DNA of 28,929 nucleotides from an uncultured Verrucomicrobiae bacterium. Its GTDB lineage: Bacteria > Verrucomicrobiota > Verrucomicrobiia > Palsa-1439. Made by a program: the position numbers and the translations under genes. The notes under the pieces were generated by a model that worked only from the letters and a program-made list of their open reading frames with translations, was not told the DNA's origin and ran no database searches. The DNA is taken from positions 1 through 28,929 of the forward strand of contig CAWEWF010000015.1 of assembly GCA_963812605.1 (NCBI GenBank). Reading direction: 5' to 3'. Positions 8,403 to 16,480 of the stretch are shown here, piece after piece; position 1 is the stretch's first letter, and each line of letters opens with the position of its first letter.

Positions 8403-9263
8403 ATGAGAGCGCGGGCGATGGAGAAAGGGCTGTTGACAGGCGGACTTTCCTACGTGCGGCTGGGTAATGGACGGCGCACAGTGGTTATTTTTCCCGGACT
8501 GGCCGATGCCGCCTGGGACGTGACCAGCCAGAAGTGGGATTTTCCTTCGCAGTACCGGCGGCTCGCTGATACGTCCACGGTCTACATCGTCAGCCGCAAA
8601 CGTGGTATGCCCCGCGGATACACGACCCGGGACATGGCCGCCGACTACGCGAGGGCCTTTGAATGCGAGATTGGAACGGCGGATGTCCTGGGGATTTCCC
8701 TTGGTGGTTACGTGGCCCAGCATTTCGCGGCCGATTATCCCGAGTATGTGAATCGATTGATTATCGCCTGCGCGGCGTACCGCGTTAGTGACGAAGGACG
8801 GAAAGCCCCCGAACACTGGCTGGCGTTGGCGCGCGAGGAACGCTGGCGCGAATTTTACCAGGATATCAGCCGGGTAACGATGGCGGAGTACCACAAGACT
8901 TTTACCCGGTTTCTGATTCCGCTACTGCGAACGATGCCCTGCAATCCGGCGGATTTTCTGGTTTCCCTGGAGGCTTGTCTTGCGCACGACAGTTCGGAGT
9001 CCCTGAGCCAAATCCAGGCGCCGACACTGGTTATCGGTGGCACCCAAGACATCTTCTTCCCACCGTCCCTGCTGCGCGAGACAGCCAGCCGCATCCCGTC
9101 AGCCGTCCTGGGTCTAATCCCTGGCGGCGGCCATTCGGCGTATGAATTGCACAAGGCGGAATTTGAAGACGCGGTGCTGGAGTTTCTGGAGGGCCGCGAC
9201 GCGACACCGCCTGCAATTGGTGATCAAGCGATCGTGGCCGGCGAACTACAGGTGACGGCATGA
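8403..9263 (+). CDS. Alpha/beta fold hydrolase
   Basis: Nucleophile elbow GISLGG, I.APTLVIGG..D.FFP and GGGH catalytic His region; AGGAG RBS. Confidence 0.9.
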   Translation: MRARAMEKGLLTGGLSYVRLGNGRRTVVIFPGLADAAWDVTSQKWDFPSQYRRLADTSTVYIVSRKRGMPRGYTTRDMAADYARAFECEIGTADVLGISLGGYVAQHFAADYPEYVNRLIIACAAYRVSDEGRKAPEHWLALAREERWREFYQDISRVTMAEYHKTFTRFLIPLLRTMPCNPADFLVSLEACLAHDSSESLSQIQAPTLVIGGTQDIFFPPSLLRETASRIPSAVLGLIPGGGHSAYELHKAEFEDAVLEFLEGRDATPPAIGDQAIVAGELQVTA

Positions 9264-9286
9264 TGAGCATGTTGTAAAATGGCGTC

Positions 9287-9654
9287 ATGCCAACACTTAT
9301 TCAGAAGCCTACACGCATCACCCCGCCGGTAACAAACCCAAACTCATCGACGAAGTTGTCGGGCGCGTGAATTCAAAGACGGATACGATAAGCATCGCGC
9401 ACATGCGCAGTCCGTCGGGTTGGGTCGAACCCGGGCAAACGCCGCAATTCGACGAGTACACGTATGTATTGAAGGGATCGCTGCAAGTGAACCACAAGGG
9501 CGGCGTCATCGAGGTGCGCGCGGGCCAGGCGGTCATCACCCGCAAAGGTGAGTGGGTTCAATACAGCACCCCATCACCCGACGGAGCTGAGTATATCGCG
9601 GTTTGCCTGCCAGCGTTTTCGCCGGACACAGTTCATCGGGACGAATCGACCTAA
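9287..9654 (+). CDS. Cupin domain protein (EutQ-like); apparent 1-nt deletion at 9321-9324
   Basis: MPTLIQKPTRIT in one frame continues as AGNKPKLIDEVVGRVNS...MRSPSGWVEPGQTPQFDEYTYVLKG...AVCLPAFSPDTVHRD in another. Adding one C to the C4 run joins them. Confidence 0.8.
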
Positions 9655-9731
9655 CCGGGCGGTTGTCGGCCCAGAGTCCTCCGGGTTAGTTGAGAATTGA
9701 CAACGCGCGGCGTCTCGCGGATAAAAATGTC

Positions 9732-10550
9732 ATGGCCCCGGTAGAACAGTGGCAAAACACGATCGTTACTTTCTTCATTACGTACGGCTTCCAGATCGTC
9801 GGCGCGATCATCATTCTCACCGTGGGCGCGCTCGTCGCCCGCTGGCTGGGTCGTCTCACTGACAAGTGGCTGACCAAGCAACATCTCGAACCGCCGATCC
9901 GCATCCTGATGGTACGCGTCGTGCGATTGATTGTCTTCGGCCTCGCCCTGGTGCTCGCGCTCGACAAATTCGGCGTCCAGGTCGCGCCCCTGATTGCGGG
10001 GATCGGCGTCGCGGGCGTTGGCATTGGCCTGGCCGCACAAGGCGTACTGGGCAATGTCATCGCGGGGTTAACGATCATTTTCACCAAGCCGTTTCGTGTC
10101 GGTGAGTATATCGAACTGGCCGGTGTGAATGGCCAGGTGACCAACATCGAGCTGTTCTCCACCACGCTCCTGCATTCCGACAAATCGCGGGTTGTCATCC
10201 CCAATCGCAAGATCGTCGGCGAAATCCTTCACAACTGCGGCAACATCCGCCAACTCAACCTGAGCGTCGGCATCGCCTACAACTCGGATGTGAAAGGCGC
10301 GCTGGCCACGATTCACGAAATCCTCAACGCTAACACGCGCGTGCTCAAGGATCCGCAGCCGGTGGTTGGCATCGAGGCGCTCGCCGGATCAGCAATCACG
10401 ATTGGCATTTTCCCGTGGGTGGCTGTGACGGACTACGGCCCTGCGCAATTGGAAATCTACGAGGCCATCATCGAGCAGTTCCGCGCCCGCGACATTGAAA
10501 TTCCATTCCCGCAGCGCGAAGTGCGCTTGCTGGAGAAGGCCAGCGCCTAG
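9732..10550 (+). CDS. mscS: Small-conductance mechanosensitive channel
   Basis: Three TM segments, AGIGVAGVGIGLAAQGVLGNVIAG, KPFRVGEYI, VVIPN and IEIPFPQREV motifs. Confidence 0.92.
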   Translation: MAPVEQWQNTIVTFFITYGFQIVGAIIILTVGALVARWLGRLTDKWLTKQHLEPPIRILMVRVVRLIVFGLALVLALDKFGVQVAPLIAGIGVAGVGIGLAAQGVLGNVIAGLTIIFTKPFRVGEYIELAGVNGQVTNIELFSTTLLHSDKSRVVIPNRKIVGEILHNCGNIRQLNLSVGIAYNSDVKGALATIHEILNANTRVLKDPQPVVGIEALAGSAITIGIFPWVAVTDYGPAQLEIYEAIIEQFRARDIEIPFPQREVRLLEKASA

Positions 10551-11194
10551 CTGGCGGTCACAGCGGGCCGGGTATTCAACACGTACAGATCCAGCACCGC
10601 CTTGACGCGGGCGAGGTACTCACGCGCTGTCGGGCGGACCATCCAACGCATGGATAAATCGTTCGGCGCATAGGCCACCGCTTCGATCCCGAAGTAGCGG
10701 CTGAGAAACAACGCCCGAAAATCGTGGAAACGCTCCGAAATGATTGTCAGCCTGGCGCATTTGTACACGTCCCGCGCACGGACCACCGAATCGAGCGTGC
10801 GCAATCCGTAATTGTCGAGGACCAGGGCCGACTCCGGGACGCCCCGTTGCAACAACGCGCGCTTCATCTCCATCGGTTCGTCGCGTCCCTTGTCGCCGCT
10901 AAGGATCAGCCGCTTCACTTTGCCTCCGCGGTATAGCGCCGCGGCCGCGTCGATGCGCTGCACCAAATGCTGGTTCACCCGGCCCTTCTCGATCAGTTTT
11001 CCAGTCCCCAATACCAGCCCGTCCTCGTTAAACGGAATAGAGCCAACATCGTAAAATATCTGCGATCTCGTCGCGCCGATGATCCAGACATTGCAGCCAA
11101 ACACCAGCACCAGAAACAGCATCCAGCCGATCACCAGCGAGGTGATGGCGATCTTCTTGAGCGGGCGGCGGGGCCTTGCCACAAGTTGGTTCAT
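10547..11194 (-). CDS. SanA/YdcF/ElyC (DUF218) family protein
   Basis: N-terminal TM helix; LVLGT, RIDAAAALY..GKV..LILSGD, GLRTLDSVVRA, FH..RALF and REYLARVKA motifs (SanA-like). Confidence 0.9.
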   Translation of the reverse strand: MNQLVARPRRPLKKIAITSLVIGWMLFLVLVFGCNVWIIGATRSQIFYDVGSIPFNEDGLVLGTGKLIEKGRVNQHLVQRIDAAAALYRGGKVKRLILSGDKGRDEPMEMKRALLQRGVPESALVLDNYGLRTLDSVVRARDVYKCARLTIISERFHDFRALFLSRYFGIEAVAYAPNDLSMRWMVRPTAREYLARVKAVLDLYVLNTRPAVTAS

Positions 11195-11340
11195 TGGCTG
11201 GGAATGCTACCATACAACTTCCCTTCGACAATCGGTATCGTGACATCGACCGCGGCCAGTTTTGTCGCTTTCTTCTTCGACAAATCGCCCAAACCATCGT
11301 AGGGTGCCGCCCGAACAAATTTATAGAAAGGTCAACCACC

Positions 11341-11811
11341 GTGAGCCAAAGAATCATTTCATTCCACTATACGCTGACGGATCCGGACGGAAAGATTCTC
11401 GACTCTTCCGCCGGCGGCGAGCCCCTGACGTTTCTCGAAGGCGTCGGTCAGATCATTCCTGGGCTCGAAACACAGTTGAGCGGAATGAAAGTTGGGGACA
11501 AGAAGCACGTCAAGGTCAAGGCCAGGGATGCCTATGGTGAAAAGGACCCGGATAATATTATTGAGGTGCCGTTGGACCAGATGCCCACCCGCGGCATCAA
11601 AGCGGGCGACCGCTTCCGAGCCGGACAGGATTCACACTCGCCCGTGGTCACCGCCTTGAAAGTGACCGAGACCCACGTCACCCTTGACGGTAATCATCCG
11701 TTGGCTGGCATGGATCTGGCCTTCGATGTCGAGGTCACGGAAGTCCGCGAGGCGACAAAAGAGGAGTTGACCCACGGCCACGCTCACGGTCCCGGCGGAC
11801 ACCACCACTAA
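11341..11811 (+). CDS. slyD: FKBP-type peptidyl-prolyl cis-trans isomerase SlyD
   Basis: FHYTL...G..LDSS....PL.FL.G.GQIIPGLE, AYG, LDGNHPLAG.DL.FDVEV..VREAT.EEL.HGHAHG.GGHHH; GTG start after GAAAGG. Confidence 0.93.
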   Translation: MSQRIISFHYTLTDPDGKILDSSAGGEPLTFLEGVGQIIPGLETQLSGMKVGDKKHVKVKARDAYGEKDPDNIIEVPLDQMPTRGIKAGDRFRAGQDSHSPVVTALKVTETHVTLDGNHPLAGMDLAFDVEVTEVREATKEELTHGHAHGPGGHHH

Positions 11812-11945
11812 AACCGGCGGTTTGCGAACTGAGCCCGCGCAGTTTGCCAAAATGTTGATCGCCACCCTCCTTCCCGGCGGAGTGAAACGAAAGAGTTGCA
11901 TTCTGCGCCCCATTTCGCTATAGCGTTGTACAAGGAGGCTTTCTG

Positions 11946-13514
11946 ATGAAGAAACGTCTAGTAGTTCTGTTCGCGACAGCTCTGTGCCTATGGGCCACGG
12001 TACCGGCCAAATACGCTTGGGCCGCTGACCCGGGTTCCCGCTATGCGGATGCCTTTGTTCTTATCGAACAAGGTCAGGCTGCTGAAGAGAAATCAGACCT
12101 TGCAACCGCGTACCGGAGCTATCAGTCTGCGCTAAGCATCTTGCACAGCATTCGGACCGACGCGCCGGAGTGGAACGCTCAGATGGTCGAGTACCGCCTG
12201 AAGGACTGCCAATCTCGTTTTGATGCGGTCAAGACGAAATTGCCCGAACCGCCTCCCGCGCCCGCCACGGCGGCATCTGTGGCACCGGTGGTCACGCCTG
12301 CGGTCCAAGTACCGACCACTCCGCCGTCGACTCCTACTCCGCCGCCTGCTCCGGCCGTAAAGACTGCCCCAACGGCCCCAAAGGCGTCCGCGGAGCCGTC
12401 GCAAAACTTTGACAAGGGATCTTCGTCCGTCAGTGCCGCGCCCTCTGATTCCGCCGAAGTGAAGAAGCTCCGGGCGGAATTGAACAAGACCCGCGCCGAA
12501 GCCGACGCTGCGAAGAAGTCCGCCGCGCAGATTCCCGACCTGCAGAGGCAGAACAAGGACTTGAACGCGCAACTGGCCGCCGCTGAAAAGAAAGCCGTTG
12601 CCGCGAAGCTGGCTACTCCAGCGCCGGCCCCGGTGGATACCGCTGAGTTAAAGAAACTACGGGCGGAAGCGGACAACGCCCATGCCGACGCGGACAAGGC
12701 ACACAAAGCCGCCGCTGATCTGGAGAAACAGAACAAAGATCTGAGCGCGAAGCTGGCAGCGGCTGAAAAGAAGACGAACATTGCGCCCGCCGATTCCTCC
12801 GAGGTTAAGAATCTGCGCGCCCAACTCGACAAATCGCAGGCCGAAGTGGCCGACTTGAAGAAGCAGGTGGCTGCGAAGCCCATGGCTGCGCCCGCGCCTG
12901 TAGCCGACAGCGGCGAAGTCCGGAACCTGCGCGCCGAACTTGACAAGTCCAAAGCCGAGGTCGCCGACTTGAAGAAACAGGTCGCTGCGAAACCCGCGAT
13001 TGCGCCCGCGCCTGTGGCTGACAGCAGCGAAGTCAAGAGCCTGCGCGCCCAACTGGCGGAAACGCAAAAAGAACTCGGCCAGGCGAAGAATTCCGCCAGC
13101 CAGGTTTCCGACCTGGAAAGGCAGAATAAGGACTTGAGCGCGAAGCTCGCTGCCGCCGATAAAAAGGCGACCGCTGCCGCCGCGAAACCCGCGCCCGTTG
13201 ATAACTCAGCGGAGTTGAAAAAGCTGCATGATGAACTCGACGCCACCCGCGCCGAAGCAGACAGGGGGAAGAAGGCCAGCGCTCGTGTCAACGAACTCGA
13301 GAAGGAGAACAAAGACCTCAGCGCGAAACTCACCGCGGAAAAGAAGGCTGCCTCCGAAGCCCCAACCGAGGCCCCGGATGTGCGGGTCATGAAGCAATTG
13401 CGTAACGAAAATTCGTATCTGCGCAACCTGTTGGATACGTATGCGGAGCAGAATTCTGAATTGAAGGGCCAATTGCACCGCCACGATCTGAACCAGGGCA
13501 AGAGCGGCCAATAG
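11946..13514 (+). CDS. Secreted/periplasmic coiled-coil repeat protein
   Basis: Signal peptide, a helical N-domain (PEWNAQMVEYRL), a Pro/Thr linker and six DSxEVKxLRAxL coiled-coil units with PAPV hinges; AGGAGG RBS. Confidence 0.8.
   Translation: MKKRLVVLFATALCLWATVPAKYAWAADPGSRYADAFVLIEQGQAAEEKSDLATAYRSYQSALSILHSIRTDAPEWNAQMVEYRLKDCQSRFDAVKTKLPEPPPAPATAASVAPVVTPAVQVPTTPPSTPTPPPAPAVKTAPTAPKASAEPSQNFDKGSSSVSAAPSDSAEVKKLRAELNKTRAEADAAKKSAAQIPDLQRQNKDLNAQLAAAEKKAVAAKLATPAPAPVDTAELKKLRAEADNAHADADKAHKAAADLEKQNKDLSAKLAAAEKKTNIAPADSSEVKNLRAQLDKSQAEVADLKKQVAAKPMAAPAPVADSGEVRNLRAELDKSKAEVADLKKQVAAKPAIAPAPVADSSEVKSLRAQLAETQKELGQAKNSASQVSDLERQNKDLSAKLAAADKKATAAAAKPAPVDNSAELKKLHDELDATRAEADRGKKASARVNELEKENKDLSAKLTAEKKAASEAPTEAPDVRVMKQLRNENSYLRNLLDTYAEQNSELKGQLHRHDLNQGKSGQ
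12790..13055 (+). repeat. Intragenic imperfect 114-bp tandem repeat (about 2.3 copies)
   Basis: CGACTTGAAGAA recurs at 12851 and 12965 (period 114). The unit encodes 38 aa, DSxEVxNLRAxLDKSxAEVADLKKQVAAKPxxAPAPVA. Confidence 0.85.
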
Positions 13515-13533
13515 TTGTTCGATGCGCTTCTTC

Positions 13534-13579
13534 AGGGAGCCTGTCCCCTCTTTTTCGGGGACAGGCTCCTTGTTTTTTT
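13534..13579 (+). terminator. Rho-independent terminator
   Basis: AGGGAGCCTGTCCCC / GGGGACAGGCTCCTT stem followed by a T7 run, 20 nt after the 13514 stop. Confidence 0.88.
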
Positions 13580-13592
13580 AGCGTTGGCCATC

Positions 13593-13730
13593 GGGGGTGA
13601 TGCCTTAATTTGCATCCGCCAACTGTAGCCGAAGCGTAAGCTTCGGGAATCCGCATTGTTACCACCGAAGCTTACGCTTCGGCTACAAAACACGAACGAT
13701 GAGTGATGCGCTAATTAAGATACTACCCCC
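13593..13730. mobile_element. Putative non-autonomous MITE-like element with imperfect terminal inverted repeats and CATC flanks
   Basis: Left end GGGGGTGATGCCTTAATT versus right end (reverse complement) GGGGGTAGTATCTTAATT, 14/18 identical. CATC lies directly outside both ends (13589-13592, 13731-13734). Confidence 0.5.
13624..13687. repeat. GTAG-type REP doublet (REPIN-like)
   Basis: Perfect 23-bp inverted repeat TGTAGCCGAAGCGTAAGCTTCGG ...18 nt... CCGAAGCTTACGCTTCGGCTACA. Each arm is GTAG plus the palindrome CCGAAGC-GTAA-GCTTCGG. Confidence 0.8.
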
Positions 13731-13839
13731 CATCGGGACGCGAATCGAAATTCCGGTGACGGCATCCTAAGCGCAGGGTCGAGTGACAAAGACTGCTCAG
13801 CCTGTTTTTTTGGCATAAACATCTGTGGAGGAATACGCG

Positions 13840-14541
13840 ATGGCAAAGGACAGAATTGCGTTGGTGACAGGCGCGAACAAAGGCATCGGGTACGAGATCG
13901 CCCGTCAACTTGGGGAAAAGGGCTATCACGTGCTTGTTGGAGCGCGCAAAGCTGATGCCGGCAAACAGGCGGCCGCTTCGCTCCAAAAAGGCGGCGCATC
14001 GGCCGAATTCGTCGAAATTGATGTGAGCGACCGCGCGAGCATTGAGAAAGCCGCGAATACCGTGGCGGCAAAGTTCGATCACCTCGACGCGCTGGTGAAC
14101 AACGCCGCCATCATGGAAGACAAGAAGAACGTTGGCGAAGTGCCGGACGACGTATTTCTGCGCACACTGACGACCAACACTCTCGGCCCGCTGCGCGTCA
14201 CGCAAGCGTTCCTGCCACTGCTTGCGAAGAGTCCGCGGGCCAGCGTCGTCAACCTGTCCAGCGGCCTGGGCCAGTTGAGCGATATGGGCAACACCTATCC
14301 AGCCTACAGCATCTCCAAGACAGCGCTGAACGCGGTCACGCGCCAGTTCGCTGCAGCGTTGGGCGACAAGGGCATTTCGGTGAACTCCGTCTGTCCTGGT
14401 TGGGTCAAGACGGATATGGGCGGCGCAAACGCCCCGCGCACGGTCCAACAAGGCGCAGATACCGTGACCTGGCTCGCCACCGAAGCGCCGCGTGATTTGA
14501 CGGGCCAGTTCTTGCGGGACAGAAAGGCGATCCCTTGGTAG
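13840..14541 (+). CDS. SDR family oxidoreductase (carbonyl reductase-like)
   Basis: LVTGANKGIG, LVNNAA, VVNLSSGLG, YSISK (YxxxK) and VCPGWVKTDMGG; GGAGG RBS. Confidence 0.95.
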   Translation: MAKDRIALVTGANKGIGYEIARQLGEKGYHVLVGARKADAGKQAAASLQKGGASAEFVEIDVSDRASIEKAANTVAAKFDHLDALVNNAAIMEDKKNVGEVPDDVFLRTLTTNTLGPLRVTQAFLPLLAKSPRASVVNLSSGLGQLSDMGNTYPAYSISKTALNAVTRQFAAALGDKGISVNSVCPGWVKTDMGGANAPRTVQQGADTVTWLATEAPRDLTGQFLRDRKAIPW

Positions 14542-14670
14542 CCGGCCGTGAAAGTGGAAGAGTAAGCGATTGATTTGGCATACAATTCATGCCACGCTGC
14601 CGGTGCGTTGGGCTGGCAGGGATCGGAGCCGGCGGAACTAATAGGAACACATAACCTGAGGAGAGCCGTC

Positions 14671-15276
14671 ATGAGGATTATTCGCATCGTCGCAACCTGG
14701 GCCGTCAGCGCCTTGATTGCATCAACCGCGCTGGCACTGGACACGTACAAAGTCGATCCCGCACACAGCTCCGTTAACTTTTCAATCGACCATATGGTCG
14801 TCAACACGGTCCACGGACGTTTTCGCCAGTTTGAGGGCACGATCACCGTCGATCCGGATAACGGCAACGCCCTGAAGGGAGCGAGTGGAACCATTCAGGC
14901 CAAGAGCATCGACACCGACATCGAGAAGCGTGACAATCATCTGCGCAGCCCTGATTTTTTCGACGCCGAGAAGTTCCCGACGATCACGTTCGAGAGCACG
15001 GAGGTCAAGAAGGACGGCAATGGCCAGGTTCTGGTCGGCAAGTTCACGATGCATGGCGTGACGAAAGAGGTTTCCCTTCCCTTCACGCTCAAGGGCCCGA
15101 TCAAGAGCCCGATGGGCGGCTCCGTCATGGGACTCGAAATAAACGCCAAGCTCAATCGCAAGGATTATGGCCTGACGTGGAATAAAGCCATTGAAGCCGG
15201 CGGCCTCATGGTCGGCGAGGATGTTACGATCCAGATCAACGCCGAGTTGGGGAAGCAGGCCGCCGAGCAGAAGTAA
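14671..15276 (+). CDS. YceI family periplasmic lipid/polyisoprenoid-binding protein
   Basis: Signal peptide; YKVDPAHSSVNF...H, SIDT...RDNHLRSPDFFDAEKFPTITF.ST, TMHGVTK and NRKDYGL.WN. Confidence 0.93.
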   Translation: MRIIRIVATWAVSALIASTALALDTYKVDPAHSSVNFSIDHMVVNTVHGRFRQFEGTITVDPDNGNALKGASGTIQAKSIDTDIEKRDNHLRSPDFFDAEKFPTITFESTEVKKDGNGQVLVGKFTMHGVTKEVSLPFTLKGPIKSPMGGSVMGLEINAKLNRKDYGLTWNKAIEAGGLMVGEDVTIQINAELGKQAAEQK

Positions 15277-15312
15277 ACCAGGCTGTCGAATGGCCTTTGA
15301 GTGGACATCAGC

Positions 15313-15903
15313 ATGCCTGAGAAAACTGATTTCGCCGAGAGATACGCGAGCGGAAACACGCCGTGGGATTCGGGAACTCCAAGCGAAGAACTGCTCCGCG
15401 TACTGAATGACGGGAAGCTCGCGGGGACTACGGTCCTTGATTTCGGTTGTGGGACGGGAACCAACGCCATCGAACTGGCACGACGCGGGTTTCGGGTTAC
15501 CGCGACAGACATCGTCGACCAGGCCATTCAGATCGCACGTGACAAGGCCCGCGCGGCGGCGGTGCCAGTGGATTTTCATGTGGCCGATACCCTGCGAGAC
15601 GATCCGGGTGGACCGTATGACATACTTTTTGACCGGGGTGTGTATCATTGCCTGCGAACCGAAGACCTGAAAGCCTTTCAGCACTTTCTCAAGCGCGCAA
15701 CGCGCACCGGCAGTTGGTGGTTGAGCCTGGCGGGTAATTCCAAGGAAGATACGGAACCAGGACCGCCCGTAGTCAGCGAGCAGGAAATCCGGGACGAACT
15801 CGAACCGCTGTTCGACATCCTCGAACTGCGCGAGTTCCGCTTCACTACCAACGAGGGCGGCTTCCGCCCACTCGGCTGGTCGATTTTAATGCGACGGAAG
15901 TAG
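15313..15903 (+). CDS. Class I SAM-dependent methyltransferase (TPMT-like)
   Basis: Y..G.TPWD.G.PS, VLDFGCGTGTNA and YD..FDRGVYH motifs. Alternative GTG start at 15301. Confidence 0.9.
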   Translation: MPEKTDFAERYASGNTPWDSGTPSEELLRVLNDGKLAGTTVLDFGCGTGTNAIELARRGFRVTATDIVDQAIQIARDKARAAAVPVDFHVADTLRDDPGGPYDILFDRGVYHCLRTEDLKAFQHFLKRATRTGSWWLSLAGNSKEDTEPGPPVVSEQEIRDELEPLFDILELREFRFTTNEGGFRPLGWSILMRRK

Positions 15904-15904
15904 G

Positions 15905-16480
15905 ATGACCGCCGTCCGCCGCGCCGCCATGCGAAAATTGCCGCGCACCTTCTATGACCGCGAGACGATCGTGGTCGCCCGCGAATTACTCGGGAAATAC
16001 CTGGTGCATAAATCGCGAGGGGTGGAGCGCATCGGCCGGATTGTGGAGGTCAAGGGGTACCTCGGGCCGCATGATCTGGCGGCGCATTCCGCCCGGGGGA
16101 TGACCGGACGGACCAAAGTAATGTTCGGACCGCCGGGCCATGCGTACGTTTACCTGATTTACGGGATGTACTACTGCATGAACGTCGTAACCGAGCGCGA
16201 AGGTCATGCCTCGGCTGTTTTGTTGAGAGCGGTCGAGCCTGTGAAAAATCTCAAAGGACGAACCCAGGGCCCCGGCCTGCTCTGCCGTGCGTTACACATC
16301 GACAAGCGTCTCAACGCGCACGACCTGTTGAGTGACGATTTTTACATCGCCGCACCACCCAGCACCAATCCGTTCGCAATCGTTAAACGACCGCGGATTG
16401 GCGTGGATTACGCGAAGCATTGGGCGAGGAGACATCTGCGTTTTTACATCAAAGACAATCCATTTATCTCGCGACGATAG
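15905..16480 (+). CDS. DNA-3-methyladenine glycosylase (MPG/AAG family)
   Basis: LPR.FY.R....VARELLGK, GRIVEV..YLG..D.AAHS, MFGPPGHAYVYLIYGMY.C.NVV, AVLLRA.EP, GPG.LC.AL and PRIGV.YA. Alternative start at 15929. Confidence 0.93.
   Translation: MTAVRRAAMRKLPRTFYDRETIVVARELLGKYLVHKSRGVERIGRIVEVKGYLGPHDLAAHSARGMTGRTKVMFGPPGHAYVYLIYGMYYCMNVVTEREGHASAVLLRAVEPVKNLKGRTQGPGLLCRALHIDKRLNAHDLLSDDFYIAAPPSTNPFAIVKRPRIGVDYAKHWARRHLRFYIKDNPFISRR

Noticed and set aside
9321-9324. Programmed frameshifting or phase variation at the frame breaks
   Set aside because: Runs are short (5 nt or fewer), with no slippery heptamer or stimulatory structure, and the affected genes are unrelated. Sequencing error is more parsimonious.
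12179-13501. 440-aa antisense ORF
   Set aside because: Mirror of the repetitive Ala/Lys-rich coding strand.
13593-13811. tmRNA, 6S or SRP RNA
   Set aside because: The GGGGGTGA start resembles tmRNA, but there is no T-arm/CCA end or tag frame, and no SRP or 6S hallmark was recognised. An Rfam scan is needed to exclude these fully.
16292-16463. Long genuine overlap between GH31 and MPG genes
   Set aside because: Better explained by a 1-nt deletion near 16509 that hides a stop at 16464.
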